A DNA stretch of 64,000 nucleotides from an uncultured Oscillospiraceae bacterium (GTDB taxonomy: Bacteria; Bacillota; Clostridia; Oscillospirales; Oscillospiraceae), in contig CAPGBJ010000053.1 of assembly GCA_948616425.1 (NCBI GenBank), positions 33 through 64,032 of the forward strand, given 5' to 3'. Below are positions 29,398 to 39,500 of the stretch, in pieces. A program made the translations under genes and the position numbers. The notes below the pieces were generated by a model, which did no database searches, had not been told where the DNA came from, and saw only the letters and a program-made list of their open reading frames with translations. The number at the start of each line of letters is the position of its first letter. Within the stretch, counting starts at the first letter, position 1.

Positions 29398-30689
29398 CCC
29401 ACCTGAGACTGATCTTCCTCACCGGGCACCGTGATGGTCTGGATATTGGCGCCCACAGAGGCCAGCTTCTCCACGATGGTCTCGTAGCCCCGCTCGATGT
29501 GGTAGATGCCGTCGATCTCGGTGGTCCCCTGGGCGGCCAGTCCGGCGATGACCATGGCGGCTCCAGCCCGCAGGTCGCAGGCGTGGACGGGGGCCCCCGT
29601 CAGGTGATCTACCCCTTCGACGACAGCCACCTTGCCGTCTACCTGAATGTGGGCCCCCATACGGCGGAACTCGTCCACATAGCGGTAGCGGTTGTCCCAC
29701 ACACCTTCCGTGAGGACACTGGTCCCCCGGGCAATGCACAGCACAGCGGCAATCTGGGGCTGCATATCAGTCGGAAAGCCGGGATAGGGCATGGTCTTCA
29801 CATTCACTCGGCCCAAAGGTCCGTCCCGGCGCAGCAGCAGTGCGTCGTCCTGCTCCTCCACATCCACCCCCATTTCCACCAACTTGGCGGTGATGCAGTC
29901 CAGATGCTTTGGAATCACATTTTTAATCAGTACCTGACCCCCAGCCGCGGCCACGGCGGCCATATAGGTACCCGCCTCGATTTGGTCAGGGATAATGGAG
30001 TAGGAACCGCCTCTCAGCCGCTCCACCCCATGAATTTTGATCACGTCGGTGCCGGCGCCCCGGATATCGGCGCCCATGGAGTTGAGGAAATTGGCCAGGT
30101 CCACGATGTGGGGCTCTTTGGCGGCGTTTTCAATGATGGTCATACCGCCGGCCAGGGTGGCGGCCAGCATGATATTCATAGTGGCGCCCACAGACACCAT
30201 GTCCAAATATACTTGTCCACCGGACAGCCGGGCCCCGCCAGGCACTCGCGCGCAGATGAGACCGCTGCGCACATCCACCTCGGCCCCCATAGCCACAAAA
30301 CCCTTGATATGTTGATCAATGGGCCGGCCGCCCAGGTCGCAGCCCCCGGGCAGGGGGACCTCCGCCCAGCCGAACCGGCTGAGCAGGGCGCCCACCAGAT
30401 AATAGCTGGCCCTGATTTTTCGGGCCAGCTCATAGGGGACCTGCCGGTTGCGGATGTGGGAGCAGTCCACCTCCACCGTGGTCCGATTGATTGTACGCAC
30501 GTCGGCTCCCAATTCCCGCAGGATCTGGAGGATCAACGTCACATCGCTGATCTGGGGGACATTTTCAATTCGGCAGACTCCGTCTACCAGCAGGGCGGCG
30601 GGAATAATGGCGACAGCGGCATTTTTCGCTCCGCTGATCTGAATGGTTCCGTGGAGGGGGTTCCCCCCCTGGATCAGATACTTGGTCAA
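29394..30689 (-). CDS. murA: UDP-N-acetylglucosamine 1-carboxyvinyltransferase
   Basis: SGAKNAA, LPGGCDLGGRPIDQH, SVGATMN, PYPGFPTDMQ, DLRAGAA, RGYE; TTG start after GAGGG. Confidence 0.97.
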   Translation of the reverse strand: MTKYLIQGGNPLHGTIQISGAKNAAVAIIPAALLVDGVCRIENVPQISDVTLILQILRELGADVRTINRTTVEVDCSHIRNRQVPYELARKIRASYYLVGALLSRFGWAEVPLPGGCDLGGRPIDQHIKGFVAMGAEVDVRSGLICARVPGGARLSGGQVYLDMVSVGATMNIMLAATLAGGMTIIENAAKEPHIVDLANFLNSMGADIRGAGTDVIKIHGVERLRGGSYSIIPDQIEAGTYMAAVAAAGGQVLIKNVIPKHLDCITAKLVEMGVDVEEQDDALLLRRDGPLGRVNVKTMPYPGFPTDMQPQIAAVLCIARGTSVLTEGVWDNRYRYVDEFRRMGAHIQVDGKVAVVEGVDHLTGAPVHACDLRAGAAMVIAGLAAQGTTEIDGIYHIERGYETIVEKLASVGANIQTITVPGEEDQSQVG

Positions 30690-30936
30690 AGAATGCACCC
30701 TCTTTTCCATGTCTTGGAATCTATCGATGATATGGCGCAGGCGCCATATGTAAAATCAAAGCACACCCGCAAATTGTGCAGGGCATAACAAACCGGATAT
30801 ATTATAGCACTATTATAACCGCCCTGCAACAAAAATTGCAGAGCATATGAACAAATTGTAAAAAAAGACGGACAGCGGGGGGAAAACCGCGCCCTCGCTG
30901 TCCGATGCTCAAAAATTTCCTGTAAAAAATTGTAAA

Positions 30937-32163
30937 TCATTTGCTGTTTCTGCTCTGAAACTGTTCCCGGACTCGGGGCAGCAGCTTAGACAATCTGGCC
31001 CGCTCCTGGCGCTCCATCAGGTCGGCCATGAGCTGATTGGATACCAGGAAGCCCCTGGGGGTGAGCCTCCACCGGCCCTGGGCCGTCTTCTCCGCCCAGC
31101 CCTGGGCCGCGAACTGCTCCAGCCGCGCTTCGATAGGGGCAAAATCCATAAAGTAGTTCCCCCGATATTCCCACTCCTCGATCCCATGGGTGGTGCGCAG
31201 GCGGAGCATGAGGTACTCGCTGCTGCGTTCCTCCTGGGGGATCAGGTCTTCGCTGTCCAAAAGGGTTCCCCCCTCCAGCACGCCCCTGATGTAGCCGTCC
31301 AAGTCCCGTACCCAGGCGTACCGGCGGCCGCCAAAATCGGAGTGGGCCCCGGGACCAAAGCCAATATAGGGTTCCATCTGCCAGTAGCGCAGGTTGTGCC
31401 GGGATGAAAAGCCGGGTTTGGAAAAGTTGGAGATCTCATACTGCTCATACCCCGATTGGGCCAGCCGCTCCACCATCCACAGGTACATATCCGCCTGCGC
31501 GTCGTCATCGGGCAGCGCCTCCCCCCTGGAAACTCGGGCGGCCAGCGCAGTGCCCTCCTCCACCTTCAATCCATAACAGGACAGGTGCTCCGGCCCCAGG
31601 GACAGGGCGTACTCCACCGACCGCTGCCAGCTGTCCATAGTCTGGCCTGGCAGGCCATAGATCAGGTCCAGCGACAGGTTCTTCAGCTTGGCCTTTCGGG
31701 CCGCAGCCACTGCCTCCCCCCCCTGTTCCACCGTATGGGGGCGGTGAATAGATAACAGTTCTGCCGGGCAGGCGGACTGTAGCCCCATGGAAATCCGATT
31801 GAATCCCGCCCTTCGCAGGGCGCGCAGCGCCCGGAAGCTGACGCTGTCCGGGTTGGCCTCAAACGTAATTTCCGCGTCCCGGTCCACGCGGTAGTGCTTT
31901 TTTACTGCGGAGAGCAGCTCACGAAGCCGCTTCTCACCATAAAAACTGGGGGTCCCCCCGCCAAAATATATAGTATCCACGGAAAAGCTCCGGGCTGACA
32001 GCGCGGTCTCCTTCAAGTGGGCCAGAAGGGCCCTCTGGTAGTTGTCCATTCCCTCCTCGTGCCCAGCCAGGGAATAGAAATCACAGTAATCGCACTTGCT
32101 GCGGCAGAAGGGGATGTGGATATAAATCCCCAGCTTGTCCCCCCCGGTCTGCTTGCCTCTCAT
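30937..32163 (-). CDS. hemW: Radical SAM heme chaperone HemW (HemN-like)
   Basis: YIHIPFCRSKCDYCDF, YFGGGTPS, YEISNF, HNLRYW (HNxxYW); ATG after AGGAGG. Confidence 0.9.
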   Translation of the reverse strand: MRGKQTGGDKLGIYIHIPFCRSKCDYCDFYSLAGHEEGMDNYQRALLAHLKETALSARSFSVDTIYFGGGTPSFYGEKRLRELLSAVKKHYRVDRDAEITFEANPDSVSFRALRALRRAGFNRISMGLQSACPAELLSIHRPHTVEQGGEAVAAARKAKLKNLSLDLIYGLPGQTMDSWQRSVEYALSLGPEHLSCYGLKVEEGTALAARVSRGEALPDDDAQADMYLWMVERLAQSGYEQYEISNFSKPGFSSRHNLRYWQMEPYIGFGPGAHSDFGGRRYAWVRDLDGYIRGVLEGGTLLDSEDLIPQEERSSEYLMLRLRTTHGIEEWEYRGNYFMDFAPIEARLEQFAAQGWAEKTAQGRWRLTPRGFLVSNQLMADLMERQERARLSKLLPRVREQFQSRNSK

Positions 32164-32412
32164 CCTGTACACCTCCTTCGCATCACCTACAGGGGGCGCC
32201 ACGCCGGACGGCGTCGGGGCCCCGGTGCAAGGCTGTCTCTCCCTGTCTATAGATGGTGTGTTCGTTCTATTATAGCAAGAAATCTTCCCTCTGCCCAGAG
32301 CATTTTTTGTCGAAAAAAGGGGAGACAGGGCGCCGGCCATGTGTCCAGTCGCTGGGGCGATACGGACAGAATAAGGGGCCGCCTTTAGGCGGCCCCTTGA
32401 AACGATATTCTC

Positions 32413-33354
32413 TTACTCCAGGTTGAGGGCCTCTTTCACCTTATGAATGATGTGGGCGCCGATATCCCGGGAGGCGTCGACAGTTTGAGCGCCCAGGTGG
32501 GGTGTAACCACAAAGTTGTCACACTCGAACAGAGGGGAATCAAAGCCTGCGCCCTCAGTCAGACCGCCGGCCGCCAATTCGTTCTCCATCACGTCGGAGG
32601 CGTAGCCGCCGATTTTACCGGCCTTAAGGGCTTCGTACATGTCTTTTTCGTTGACAATTCCACCCCGAGCCATATTCAGAACCACGGCGTCGTCCTTCAT
32701 GCCCTCGATGGACTTGGCGTTAAACAGATTGCGGGTCTCGTCATTGAGGGGCATGTGGATGGTGACGAAGTCAGAGACCTTCAGCACCTCCTCAATGGAC
32801 ATGCTCTTCGCGTGCTGCTGCTCAAAGACCTCGGCGGGCAAGTAGGGGTCATAGGCCACCACGTCCATCAGAAAAGCGCGGGCCAACTCGCCCACCCGCT
32901 GGCCGATGCGGCCGAAGCACAGAACGCCCAGCGTCTTGCCCCGCAGTTCGCGGCCTACAAACTTATACTTGTCCCAGTTCTTGTTGACCTTCACATCAAT
33001 GCAGGCGGGAATGGTGTGGCGGGAGATGTCCAGCATCTTAGAGATGGTCAGCTCAGCCACAGCGTTGCCATTCAGACCAGGGGCGTTGAAAACCTGGATC
33101 CCCTTGGCTTTGGCGGTGTCCATATCCACGTGGTTCAAACCCACAGAGCACACGCCGATGACCTTCAGCTTGTGCGCGGCGTCCAGAATTTCCTTGTTGA
33201 TGGCGGGATCCACCCGCATGATCAGCACCTCATAGTCGCCAATCATGCCGGCCAGCTCTGTCTGAGTGGGGAGGATCTTGGTATCCACCTGCATATATTT
33301 GCCCAATTCCTCGGCAATGGCGGGGGAGACGACGTCAATGATGAGACACTTCAT
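32413..33354 (-). CDS. D-isomer-specific 2-hydroxyacid dehydrogenase (SerA-like, no ACT domain)
   Basis: VGLNHVD, NAPGLNGNAVAE, ELRGKTLG, NMARGGIVNE, TPHLGAQT. Confidence 0.88.
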   Translation of the reverse strand: MKCLIIDVVSPAIAEELGKYMQVDTKILPTQTELAGMIGDYEVLIMRVDPAINKEILDAAHKLKVIGVCSVGLNHVDMDTAKAKGIQVFNAPGLNGNAVAELTISKMLDISRHTIPACIDVKVNKNWDKYKFVGRELRGKTLGVLCFGRIGQRVGELARAFLMDVVAYDPYLPAEVFEQQHAKSMSIEEVLKVSDFVTIHMPLNDETRNLFNAKSIEGMKDDAVVLNMARGGIVNEKDMYEALKAGKIGGYASDVMENELAAGGLTEGAGFDSPLFECDNFVVTPHLGAQTVDASRDIGAHIIHKVKEALNLE

Positions 33355-33532
33355 AAAATCAACATTCCTTCCTTGTTCTCAAATTTTGGGCCTAAGCCCG
33401 GTTGAAACGCCTTTACTGTTGATTATTATGCCATAATTTCGCCAGTTTGGGAAGTACATTTTTGTCGAGGGTTGCCACAATCTTTTGGCTGTGGTACAAT
33501 GAATTATCTGCTAAAAAAGGAAGGACGTTTTT

Positions 33533-34465
33533 GTGAATTTTCAACATTTAAAATATTTCCTGATGGTGGCGGAGGAGCTGAACATCACCCGGGCCGCGGA
33601 GCGGCTGTACATCTCCCAGCAGTCGCTGTCCAACCACATCGGCAACCTGGAACGGGAGCTGGATGTGAAACTGTTCACCCGTTCCCCCAAGCTTTCACTG
33701 ACCTATGCCGGGGGGCTGCTGGTAGACACCGCCACCCAAATTCTGGACCTGCACAGCCAGTACCTGTCGAAAGTGGGGGACATCAACAAGCAGTATATGG
33801 GGGTGCTGCGCGTGGGCATCTCCCACACCTGCGGACTGGCGCTGCTGCCCGATATCCTGCCAAAATTTCGCGAAGAATTCCCCCAGGTGGAGTTCTCCCT
33901 GTTCGAGGGCAACTCCAATCAGCTGGAAGATGAACTGTCCCACGGCCGGGCTGACCTGATTATCTGCTTTCAGCCCATCATTATGGAGGGCGTGACCACC
34001 GTCCCCCTCACAGAACAGCAGCTTGTGATGGTGGTGCCGAAGACCTTTACCGACCGGCTGTTTGGGGCGCAGGCAGAGGAGGTCCGGCAGCAGTTTTACA
34101 AAGGGGCGGATATCCGCGCCTTTGAGCAGCTGCCCTTTGTCCTGATTAAGCGGGGCAACCGGACCCGAAGCATTGTAGACCAGTATTTCAGCCGGTATTT
34201 CTTCAAGCCGCAGCTGATTTTGGAGACGGAAAACACGGTGACTACCCTGGCCATGGCCCAAGCGGGCATTGGGGTCACCATCTGCCCGGAGCTGTTTTTG
34301 CGGGCCATTCCCGCCCCCGCGCCTGGGTCAGCGGGGGTAGATCTGTTTCCCCTCACCGATCCCTCCACCTTCAGTAAATTGGTGGCGGGCTACCGAGAGG
34401 GACGCTATCTGTCTCACTTTGGACAGAGATTTGTGGAGATAGCCCAGGAGACGCTGCGGAAATAG
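33533..34465 (+). CDS. LysR family transcriptional regulator
   Basis: NITRAAERLYISQQSLSNHIGNLERELDVKLF; divergent from the dehydrogenase. Confidence 0.95.
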   Translation: MNFQHLKYFLMVAEELNITRAAERLYISQQSLSNHIGNLERELDVKLFTRSPKLSLTYAGGLLVDTATQILDLHSQYLSKVGDINKQYMGVLRVGISHTCGLALLPDILPKFREEFPQVEFSLFEGNSNQLEDELSHGRADLIICFQPIIMEGVTTVPLTEQQLVMVVPKTFTDRLFGAQAEEVRQQFYKGADIRAFEQLPFVLIKRGNRTRSIVDQYFSRYFFKPQLILETENTVTTLAMAQAGIGVTICPELFLRAIPAPAPGSAGVDLFPLTDPSTFSKLVAGYREGRYLSHFGQRFVEIAQETLRK

Positions 34466-34505
34466 AGGCCGGCGACCGGCCGCATTTCCAATATGGAAAC
34501 AGCAG

Positions 34506-34541
34506 AGCGGCCCCCCGGAAAAACCGGGGGGCCGCTTTTCA
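34506..34541. terminator. Bidirectional terminator between lysR and S-layer gene A
   Basis: AGCGGCCCCCCGG-AAAAA-CCGGGGGGCCGCTTTT. Confidence 0.8.
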
Positions 34542-34563
34542 GCTGCCTGAGATGGACTCAAAT

Positions 34564-37500
34564 TTAGTCGGTAACAGTGCTCAGCTCGATCTTGATGCCG
34601 GTCACGTTGTCGGCCAGCGGCAGGATAACGGTCAGAGGATCGTCTGTGGGGATTTCGGGCAGGGTGCTGCCGTCGTCCCCGCCGCCGTAGACTTCCTCGC
34701 TCATAGCGGTGTAAGTGGTCCCATTGGTGGTGTAGGAGATCTTAACGGTGTTGAACTCCTTCGCCATGGCGTCGGTAATGGTGAACTGGTGGAAGGAGAC
34801 CGTATTGGTCCCGGCGGTTCCGCCGCTCCAGGTGACCACAGTGCTCAGATTCTCAGAGCTGTAGCAGCCCAGGGACTTCTCGCTGGACTTGAAGCTGGTA
34901 CCGGCAGTAATCTGGACGGTATAGGTGTCCTTGCTGTCAGCAGTCGAGGCGCTTCCCATGTCGGCGTCTTCCATCCCCAGAGCGGCCTGGAGCTCGCCCA
35001 GGATTTCAGCGGCGTCGCCAGAGGGAACGGCAACATCGCCCTTCAGCTCCACAGTACCCTGGCCGGTGAGCTTGGGAAGTGTATCCTGGTCAGCGGGCAG
35101 AACCAGAGTGGAGCCGGCAGGAACGGTGGTGGTGCCCTTGAACTCCACGTCCGCAGCCTCGCTCAGGTCCACGGTCTTGCCAGCCTCTACGGTGACGTTG
35201 TCCAGGATGACGGAGCCGGCGGGCTTGTCGCCGTCGGCGGCAGCGGTCTTCACAGTACCGCTGAGAGTGCCGTTGAAGGACACCTCTTTGGCGGCGGGAA
35301 CGGTCAGCGTTTCATCGCCCAGGCTGGCGTTATTGGCAGTCACCACATCCTGGCCGTCCTCACCGGCCATGGCATCGGCGATGTCACTGGCGTTGGAACC
35401 AGAGGGGACGCTGGAGGAGCCGGCGCCCGCAGGGGCCTTCTTGGACAGGTAGACGGAGGACAAATCGCTGTTGGAGGAGGAGGTCTCCACCACATAGACG
35501 TAGACGAAGCCGTCTTCCACAGCGCCCTTGACACCGGAAGGACCGATGGAGGACACGGTGTTGCCGTCGATGGTGCGGATATTCACGCCGTCGGCCAGCA
35601 GGTAGGAGCGGGAGCCCAGACGCAGGGTGCCGCCGCGGTAATCGGCGCTGCCCACATTGCCCAGGTAGTCGGCCAGTTCGCTGTAGTCATCCTGGTCGGT
35701 GATGGGGTTGGCCTTCAGGTCGGCGCGGCCGTCAGTGTAGGTGGAGATCTCGTACAGACCGGCGGGCCGGCTGCCCTGGTTGGCGGCGAACTCAGTGGTC
35801 TTTTCGCCGTTCACCACTGCCTGATACAGATAGAAGGTGTCGTTGCCCTCTTTGGTCTGGGCGGGGTTGTTGTTGAGGATGTAGACCAGATCCTCAGCAC
35901 TGGCGCTGTTGGAGCCCTTGGCGTCGGTGTAGACGAAGACCAGACGGTCCTTCTCGTCCAGAACGAAGTACACAGTGCTGGCGGTCTTGGTCTCGGGGGC
36001 GTTCTTCACACCGACGAAAGCCTTATCCTTGGCCACAAACACGGTGTTGGCGTTGGCGCTGAAGATCTCCTTGGCGTTGCCGGAGCCGTCGCGGATGGGC
36101 TGGGCCTTGTCATCCAAATAGGCGCTGGCGCTGGAGCTCTGGATGGCGATCTTCTCAGTCTTGCCGTCCACAACGGAACGGGTGGTCTTGACAGGGGCCA
36201 GCTCATAGTTGCCGTCGCCGTCAAGCTTGAAGGTGTAGAATTTGTTGACAGTGATGTCAGACAGGGCAACACTCTCGCCGTCAAACTTGTCGATGGTGAT
36301 GGTCTTCTTGGTGCCGTCAGCAAACACGGCCTTGGCAATGACATCAAAACGGCTCTCGTCCTTTGCGGTGATGAAGAGGTAGTCGTTTACGTTGGTCTCG
36401 CCGTTGGCGGCCTCGATGCCCAGAACATAGCCCCAGGGATCCAGGTACAGGTTGTACTCGGTGTCATTCAGGCTGTACTTGCTGGCGGAGGCCATGTGCT
36501 CCTGACCCAGGGCGTCCTCGTCCTTCTTGGCTACGTCGTTGTACTCGTACTTCTGGCCGGCGTAGACATAGTCCTCGCTGCGGGCGCTGCTGACCGTAGT
36601 GTTGCTCACCACGTTGGGCAGGGCCACAGACTTGACCTCGCCGTCAGCGATGGTCAGAACAAGGTAGTCATTCTCCCGCGCATTGGCAATCACGGCAAAG
36701 TTCTCTTCCTTCAGGGTCTTGCGGGAGCTCCAGGCGGCGCTCTTGATCTCAACATCCAGTTCGCCGTTGTTGGAGTCATAGTCCTCGGTGGCCTGGGCCA
36801 GCCAATAATTGGTCATAGTGATGGTGACTTCATCACGCGAACCGGCAGGCGCAGTGTTGTCATACTTGTAGTAGACCTTGGTCAGGGTGCCCTTGCCGCC
36901 GATCTTCAGCGCGCCGTCGCCGGGGTCGGCGTCAGTCAGAGTGACAGTGGAGAGCTTGTCGCCAGGGTTGGCGGGATTGTTGGCCTCGCAGGCGGTCTCG
37001 GCCTTGCCGTCGATAGAGAAGGTGACCTTGTTCGCGGCGACGGTATTGCTCAGGCCCAAATCCTTGTAGATGTCCTTCAACTTGACCTCTGTGGTGTAGG
37101 TCAGGTCAGCGGCCTTGGCATAGGTGCCGATTTCACGGCTCTTATAGGTCCAGCGGACAGCGGGTTCTTTAAAGTCGTTGCCAATGCCGTCTTCCACCCG
37201 CTTCAAGTCGCCGTTGTACAGCTGCTCGCCCAGCTCAATTGTGTAGCCGTTGAGACCGGTGACAGAGCTGCTGGCATCCTGAACCCGGTTGTCAATGATG
37301 GCTCTGGCAAAGTCCTGGCCGCTGGCGCGGACCACATAGTTGACCTTACCGCCCACCGCGGTGGTGCCGTCAGGCGTGGTGATGTGCAGGGTATTGTCAT
37401 CAGCGTCCACCATGGTAGACTGGAGCGCATTCAGGGCCAGCTGAGCCACCTGGTTACGGGTGAGCTGGGTGTTGTTGTTGACATTAATGTTGTGGAACAG

Positions 37501-37986
37501 ATTGATCCGGGCAGCCTGGTTGGCGGTGGCCCGGGCCCAGTCGGTGCCGAAGTCAGAGGCGTACTGGAAGTAGCCCAGGGCCTTGAGCATCATCAGGGCC
37601 GCCTGGGTGGCGGTGACGTTGCCGGTGCCGAAACGGCCGCCGCCCACGCCGCTGACGATGCCGCTGGCCTCGCAGGCGGAGACGTACTTGGCGGCCCAGT
37701 CGGGCACGTCGGAGAAGCTGTTCTGCCCCTCAAAGTAGTCTACGTTCAGATTCAGCAGGTTGGCCATGACAATGGCCATCTCAATACGGCTGATCTTGCC
37801 ATCAGGATTGAAGTTGCCGCTGTTGCTGCCGGACATGGCGCCCACGGTCTTCAGCACCTCAATGGCCTCGACGTTGTGGTCCTCCGTCACGTCGGGGTAG
37901 CTCGCGGCGCTGGTTCCGATCACCATCATGCCCAGGAGCATGACGGAGGCCAGAGTCAGGCTGAGAGCCCGCTTCAGGTTTCTCAT
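34564..37986 (-). CDS. S-layer protein A (SLH-domain cell-surface protein, 1140 aa)
   Basis: AAGGAGG RBS; signal peptide MRNLKRALSLTLASVMLLGMMVIGTSAA; SLH motifs (FNPDGKISRIEMA, FSDVPDWA, LTRNQVAQL); Thr/Asp/Ala-rich body; strong codon bias. Confidence 0.9.
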   Translation of the reverse strand: MRNLKRALSLTLASVMLLGMMVIGTSAASYPDVTEDHNVEAIEVLKTVGAMSGSNSGNFNPDGKISRIEMAIVMANLLNLNVDYFEGQNSFSDVPDWAAKYVSACEASGIVSGVGGGRFGTGNVTATQAALMMLKALGYFQYASDFGTDWARATANQAARINLFHNINVNNNTQLTRNQVAQLALNALQSTMVDADDNTLHITTPDGTTAVGGKVNYVVRASGQDFARAIIDNRVQDASSSVTGLNGYTIELGEQLYNGDLKRVEDGIGNDFKEPAVRWTYKSREIGTYAKAADLTYTTEVKLKDIYKDLGLSNTVAANKVTFSIDGKAETACEANNPANPGDKLSTVTLTDADPGDGALKIGGKGTLTKVYYKYDNTAPAGSRDEVTITMTNYWLAQATEDYDSNNGELDVEIKSAAWSSRKTLKEENFAVIANARENDYLVLTIADGEVKSVALPNVVSNTTVSSARSEDYVYAGQKYEYNDVAKKDEDALGQEHMASASKYSLNDTEYNLYLDPWGYVLGIEAANGETNVNDYLFITAKDESRFDVIAKAVFADGTKKTITIDKFDGESVALSDITVNKFYTFKLDGDGNYELAPVKTTRSVVDGKTEKIAIQSSSASAYLDDKAQPIRDGSGNAKEIFSANANTVFVAKDKAFVGVKNAPETKTASTVYFVLDEKDRLVFVYTDAKGSNSASAEDLVYILNNNPAQTKEGNDTFYLYQAVVNGEKTTEFAANQGSRPAGLYEISTYTDGRADLKANPITDQDDYSELADYLGNVGSADYRGGTLRLGSRSYLLADGVNIRTIDGNTVSSIGPSGVKGAVEDGFVYVYVVETSSSNSDLSSVYLSKKAPAGAGSSSVPSGSNASDIADAMAGEDGQDVVTANNASLGDETLTVPAAKEVSFNGTLSGTVKTAAADGDKPAGSVILDNVTVEAGKTVDLSEAADVEFKGTTTVPAGSTLVLPADQDTLPKLTGQGTVELKGDVAVPSGDAAEILGELQAALGMEDADMGSASTADSKDTYTVQITAGTSFKSSEKSLGCYSSENLSTVVTWSGGTAGTNTVSFHQFTITDAMAKEFNTVKISYTTNGTTYTAMSEEVYGGGDDGSTLPEIPTDDPLTVILPLADNVTGIKIELSTVTD

Positions 37987-38314
37987 TGGGAAATTCCTCC
38001 TTTGATTGACTGGAAAAAGTGGAAAAGAGGCCGCGTCGGGTAGACCGGGGAGGCCACCTTTTTGCGGCGAATTTCTCCATTTTTCCCAAAATTTTTGAGG
38101 CAATTCGACATTTTTGCCCCGTTAAGGCGGTGTCACACTCCTTGCGTAGGGCTAAAAAGTCGAGGAAACGGAGGACACGGAAAGAAAATCAGCACTTTTG
38201 ATGTAAAAAAGTGGGGTTGGTAGACATCTGGTAGACCGGCCCAAGTTTCCGCATCTCCACACCCCTTGTCCCCCAAGGCCTCCGCCCGCTTTTTTGGTAG
38301 ACATTTGGTAGACA
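37321..38314. repeat. ~1-kb direct repeat, copy A (S-layer 5' coding region plus 328-bp upstream block)
   Basis: Colinear with 58562-59555 at a constant offset of 21,241 bp; 38055-38145 identical. Confidence 0.95.
38039..38314. promoter_or_regulatory. GGTAGAC repeat array A (putative recombinase arm-type sites)
   Basis: GGTAGAC at 38039, 38219, 38230, 38296, 38307. Confidence 0.6.
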
Positions 38315-38519
38315 TACTGCATAAATGAGAGGTGATTCTGTCACAAATTTGTTACTGCTCTGTAGCCTTCCTGTGATGACCTGGAGAACGGGGCGCGATA
38401 TACTAAATACATCAGTTGAAACATTGCCGGGACATTTGCGTCAGATATAGATGCAAAGGACCGTGGTTTGACCGCTGTTATAGATAGTTTCTTTCAGATG
38501 GAATCAAGGGGGTTTTTCT

Positions 38520-39497
38520 ATGAGACGAATTTGCCAGGCGCTGTCTGCCGCACTGACAGCTTTGATTTTGTTGGCCTCCTGCGGCTCCAAGGTTCCAGAG
38601 GGGGTGGGCAGTTCTGATAAGCAGAGCGGCTCCTCTTCTGGCCTGGGGAGCAGCAGTATGGGTAGCGTTTCGGATTCCAGCCAGGCCGCTTTTCAGTTTA
38701 CCAGAGCAAACCTGCCCAGGCTGGATGGTTCCACCTCCACAGCGCCCCTGGCCCAGGCCATGTGCGCGGTACTGCTGGGGGAGGATATCGACCACACGGC
38801 GGACCTTGTGGATTTCTCCCGTACCACCCAGTCCTTTCGAAATTTGATGGATGGGCAGGCCGACTTGGTGCTGGCTGCTGAGCCGGCCCCAGAGGTGCTG
38901 GCCGAATTGGAGGCGGGCGGCCGGTGGCTTATTACCCCCTTTGCGAAGGACGCGCTGGTCTTTGTGGTCAACCAAAACAACCCGGTGGACGGTCTGACAG
39001 CGGATCAGGTCCAAAAAATTTATACGGGCGAAATCACCAACTGGAGTGAAGTGGGGGGAGAAGATTTGGATATTGTCCCATTTCAACGCAATCAGGGGGC
39101 GGGCAGCCAGACCATGTTTAAGAAGCTGGTAATGGATGACCTGGAGCCGATGCAGCCCCCTCTTACCTGGACCTCCAACAGTATGGAGGGCCTGCTCAAT
39201 GCAGTGCGGGAGTATGACAACTCCGCCGCCGCCCTGGGCTATACCGTCTACTATTACGCCAATGACATGGAGATGGCCAAGGGACTGAAGGTGCTGGCCA
39301 TTGACGGGGTGATCCCCTCGGCGCAGACAATTCGGGCGGGAGATTACCCCTTCCTCAACCCCTATTTTGTCTCCATTGCCAAAGATACCCCAGAGGACAG
39401 CCCCACCCGTATCCTCTACGATTGGGTCCTGGGGCCGGCAGGCCAGAGATTGGCCGCTATGGAGGGCTATGTCCCTGTGATGGATGTGGAGGGCTGA
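38520..39497 (+). CDS. PstS-like periplasmic-binding lipoprotein
   Basis: Lipobox LASC, Ser-rich linker, LDGSTSTAPL, DALVFVVN, IYTGEITNWSEVGG, QRNQGAGSQT. Confidence 0.85.
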   Translation: MRRICQALSAALTALILLASCGSKVPEGVGSSDKQSGSSSGLGSSSMGSVSDSSQAAFQFTRANLPRLDGSTSTAPLAQAMCAVLLGEDIDHTADLVDFSRTTQSFRNLMDGQADLVLAAEPAPEVLAELEAGGRWLITPFAKDALVFVVNQNNPVDGLTADQVQKIYTGEITNWSEVGGEDLDIVPFQRNQGAGSQTMFKKLVMDDLEPMQPPLTWTSNSMEGLLNAVREYDNSAAALGYTVYYYANDMEMAKGLKVLAIDGVIPSAQTIRAGDYPFLNPYFVSIAKDTPEDSPTRILYDWVLGPAGQRLAAMEGYVPVMDVEG

Positions 39498-39500
39498 GCG

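Noticed and set aside
34552..38043. 1163-aa plus-strand ORF antisense to S-layer A
   Set aside because: Shadow ORF: the biased codon usage of the real gene avoids TTA/CTA/TCA, removing antisense stops; no recognisable protein features
37987..38103. 39-aa N-terminal extension (MPQKFWEK...) of both S-layer ORFs in the ORF track
   Set aside because: The strong AAGGAGG RBS and signal peptide begin at MRNLKR; the extension is shared only because the upstream DNA is repeated
38217..38314. GGTAGAC repeats as a CRISPR array or plasmid iterons
   Set aside because: Units are 7-11 bp without unique spacers; no cas or rep gene in the window
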